From Octopus sinensis (Eukaryota), in the NCBI RefSeq assembly GCF_006345805.1, contig NC_042999.1:166408001-166472000 (forward strand): a stretch of 64,000 nt of DNA, read 5' to 3'. Below, one piece after another: positions 61,815-64,000 of this stretch; the stretch's first letter is position 1, and each line of letters starts with the position of its first letter. Made by a program: the position numbers and the translations under genes. The notes under the pieces were generated by a model. It was not told the origin of the DNA and ran no database searches. It worked only from the letters and a program-made list of their open reading frames with translations.

Positions 61815-62010
61815 GTGCGGGTGGCACGTAAAAAGCACCCACTACACTCTCGGAGTGGTTGGCGTTAGGAAGGGCATCCAGCCGTAGAAACACTGCCAGA
61901 TCTGACTGGGCCTGATGAAGCCTTCTGGCTTCACAGACCCCAGTAGAACCGTCCAACCCATGCTAGCATGGAAAGCGGACGCTAAACGATGATGATGATG
62001 ATGATGATGA
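61815..62010 (+). mobile_element. Short young RTE 3' fragment about 30 bp after the exon 11 donor
   Basis: Shares diagnostic variants (GGGCCTGATGAAGCC, GGACGCTAAACG) with the 46910-47105 copy. Confidence 0.88.
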
Positions 62011-62504
62011 ATGTAACATTTTATACTTTTTAACCACAAAGCGGCTGAGGAATAAAGCATTTGGCTATTGAAGATCAAGTCTGCTACAGGCATATTGTTG
62101 TTGGAATATGATCATTGAATGAAAAAAAGTATCTTCTATTTTTTTTTTGTTCTGTTTTACTGGCTGTGATACTGGCTGGACAATTGACAGACATCCATAC
62201 ATATACACATGCACACAAGTATACATATGCCAAGTGATACATGCCTGTATATATACATGTACGTAATTTTGATTTCAAATTTTGGCACAAGGCCAGCGAT
62301 TTTGTGGGAGACCCCAAAAGGATAAAAAACAAAGTCAACCTCGGTGGAATTTGATCTCAGAGTGTGAAGACAGGCAAAATTACTGTTAACTATTTCATCT
62401 GGCATGCTAACAAGTCTACCAACTTGTCACCATAAAACACATGTACATAATTTTAACATCCATTTTGCTACACCTGGGAAGGTGAGTGGATCTTCTTCCA
62501 CATA

Positions 62505-62666
62505 GGCGCAGGAGTGGCTGTGTGGTAAGTAGCTTGCTAACCAACCACATGGTTCCGGGTTCAGTCCCACTGCATGGCATCTTGGGCAAGTGTCTTCTGC
62601 TATAGCCCCAGGCCGACCAATGCCTGTGAGTGGATTTGGTAGACGGAAACTGAAAGAAGCCTGTCG

Positions 62667-62709
<43 letters not shown>

Positions 62710-62919
62710 TTGTGTGTCTGTGTTTGTCCCCCTAGCATTGCTTGACAACCGATGCTGGTGTGTTTACGTCCCTGTCACTTAGCGGTTTGGCAAAAGAGAC
62801 CTATAGAATAAGTACTGGGCTTACAAAGAATAAGTCCCGGGGTCGATTTACTTGACTAAAAGCGGTGCTCCAGCATGGCCGCAGTCACATGACTGAAACA
62901 AGTAAAAGAGTAAAAAGAG
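62505..62919 (+). mobile_element. SINE family B, young subfamily
   Basis: Full length head to tail. Confidence 0.92.
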
Positions 62920-62949
62920 TATGACATGCCTCCAGTTTGCCTGCTTCTT

Positions 62950-63390
62950 TGTCCTCTCCTTTGTGCTATGGAAAAGCTTCAGATCGGTTTTTCTCCTACT
63001 TCATTCTGCCCATATCAATGCAGTCGTCTTTCTCAAGCACTAAACCCGATTCCTCTTTTATTCAGTTTATTTTTCAGTTCATTTGTGCCGTGTCATTCAT
63101 GTATACTAGTATAAGCATGTCCAGCAGAGCATGCTCACTTCATTTCTATTTATTCTTTATAGATCTTCTCTGTTCAAAGCCCATGTTTCACTACAATGTA
63201 GCATCACACATTTCAGACACATGTATCATATAATCTGCCCTGAAAAAGAAGCTGTTTGTTGCCAGTTGGAATAACAGTTCTCTAAACTTTTTGCCAATGC
63301 GTTTGTATTCTGGCTTCTATGCTTTCAGAGCACCCATCCTCATTATTAATTAGGTTTCTTAGGTAACAGAAGCCATTGACTTCATAAGAG
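62950..63390 (-). mobile_element. Old RTE ORF2 fragment
   Basis: FCYLRNLINNEDGCSESIEARI-like translation. Confidence 0.55.
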
Positions 63391-63782
63391 AAGCACTTAT
63401 AATGTATCATAAAAAGAATAAAATTCATGAAAATTTCACATTGATATAAAACTAAATTCATTAGTTTTCTGAAATTGCTTATTTTTAGTTTTATCTTTTG
63501 AAGTCAAGTGAAGGAGTTGTTTTGATCCAGATATGCAAAGATCAGTAGGGCATTGTACTAGTGCAGTAACAGCCAAAGTATTTCACTTTTGTTAGCTCAA
63601 CTTCTCTAATAGTGTGAGTTGTCTGTGTAGGGAAATAGATAGAGTGTACAATATAAACAACTGTAGTGTCAGTAAATGTATTGATAACTTGTAGGACTTC
63701 AAATATTTCCACAAATATAATTTCATAAAGGTTGACTGTCTCACATCAGTTGTTAGTAAAGATTGAAAAATTGATAACTAGG

Positions 63783-63823
<41 letters not shown>

Positions 63824-64000
63824 GGTAAATGTTATATAGATGTTTAGTTTTACATGCTATACTTGGTTAAATATTTTTGAAAATGTTTATATTTGAATTT
63901 GAATTGTTGGAAGAAGAGCTGATTGTTAGAATCTTTTAAGAGTGTCTGTTTTATGGATTACATCCATATATATAAATAATCCAGCTCAAAAATACTTTGG

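Noticed and set aside
61908-61945. CTGATGA-A-GCC-TTCT-GGC as a hammerhead core
   Set aside because: No GAAA after the stem; older copies read CTGGTGCAGCC, so the match is incidental.
63901-63939. ELLEEELIVRIF* as the terminal PPP1R37 exon
   Set aside because: No AG acceptor or polypyrimidine tract in the required phase.

Overview
AT-rich, repeat-dense eukaryotic genomic DNA. The SINE/LINE families look like those of an octopod cephalopod (inference from repeat recognition, not a search). One protein-coding gene spans almost the whole window on the + strand: a PPP1R37/LRRC68 orthologue (PP1 regulatory subunit with an RVxF motif and RI-like leucine-rich repeats). I reconstructed 11 coding exons (2521-61784) with GT-AG introns and consistent phases, about 860 codons; the last exon was not found and probably lies beyond the window. 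Intron 1 is 25.8 kb. The introns hold about 20 copies of a tRNA/CORE-like SINE (my label 'B'), about 10 copies of a second tRNA-SINE ('A'), many 5'-truncated RTE-clade LINEs with (GAT)n tails, CR1-clade LINE fragments, two Helitron remnants, mariner/pogo/piggyBac-type MITEs and microsatellites. Most notable: (1) several hammerhead-ribozyme-like motifs of the Penelope-retroelement type in intron 1, one nearly canonical and sense to the gene; (2) an RTE 3'UTR built from a double-hairpin module that has expanded independently into a 36x65-bp and a 6x67-bp minisatellite, which produces the spurious 800-aa ORFs; (3) multi-level nested transposons; (4) inverted SINE pairs bracketing the two frame-symmetric exons. 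No CRISPR array, rRNA or genuine tRNA gene is supported. Boundaries of decayed repeats are approximate.
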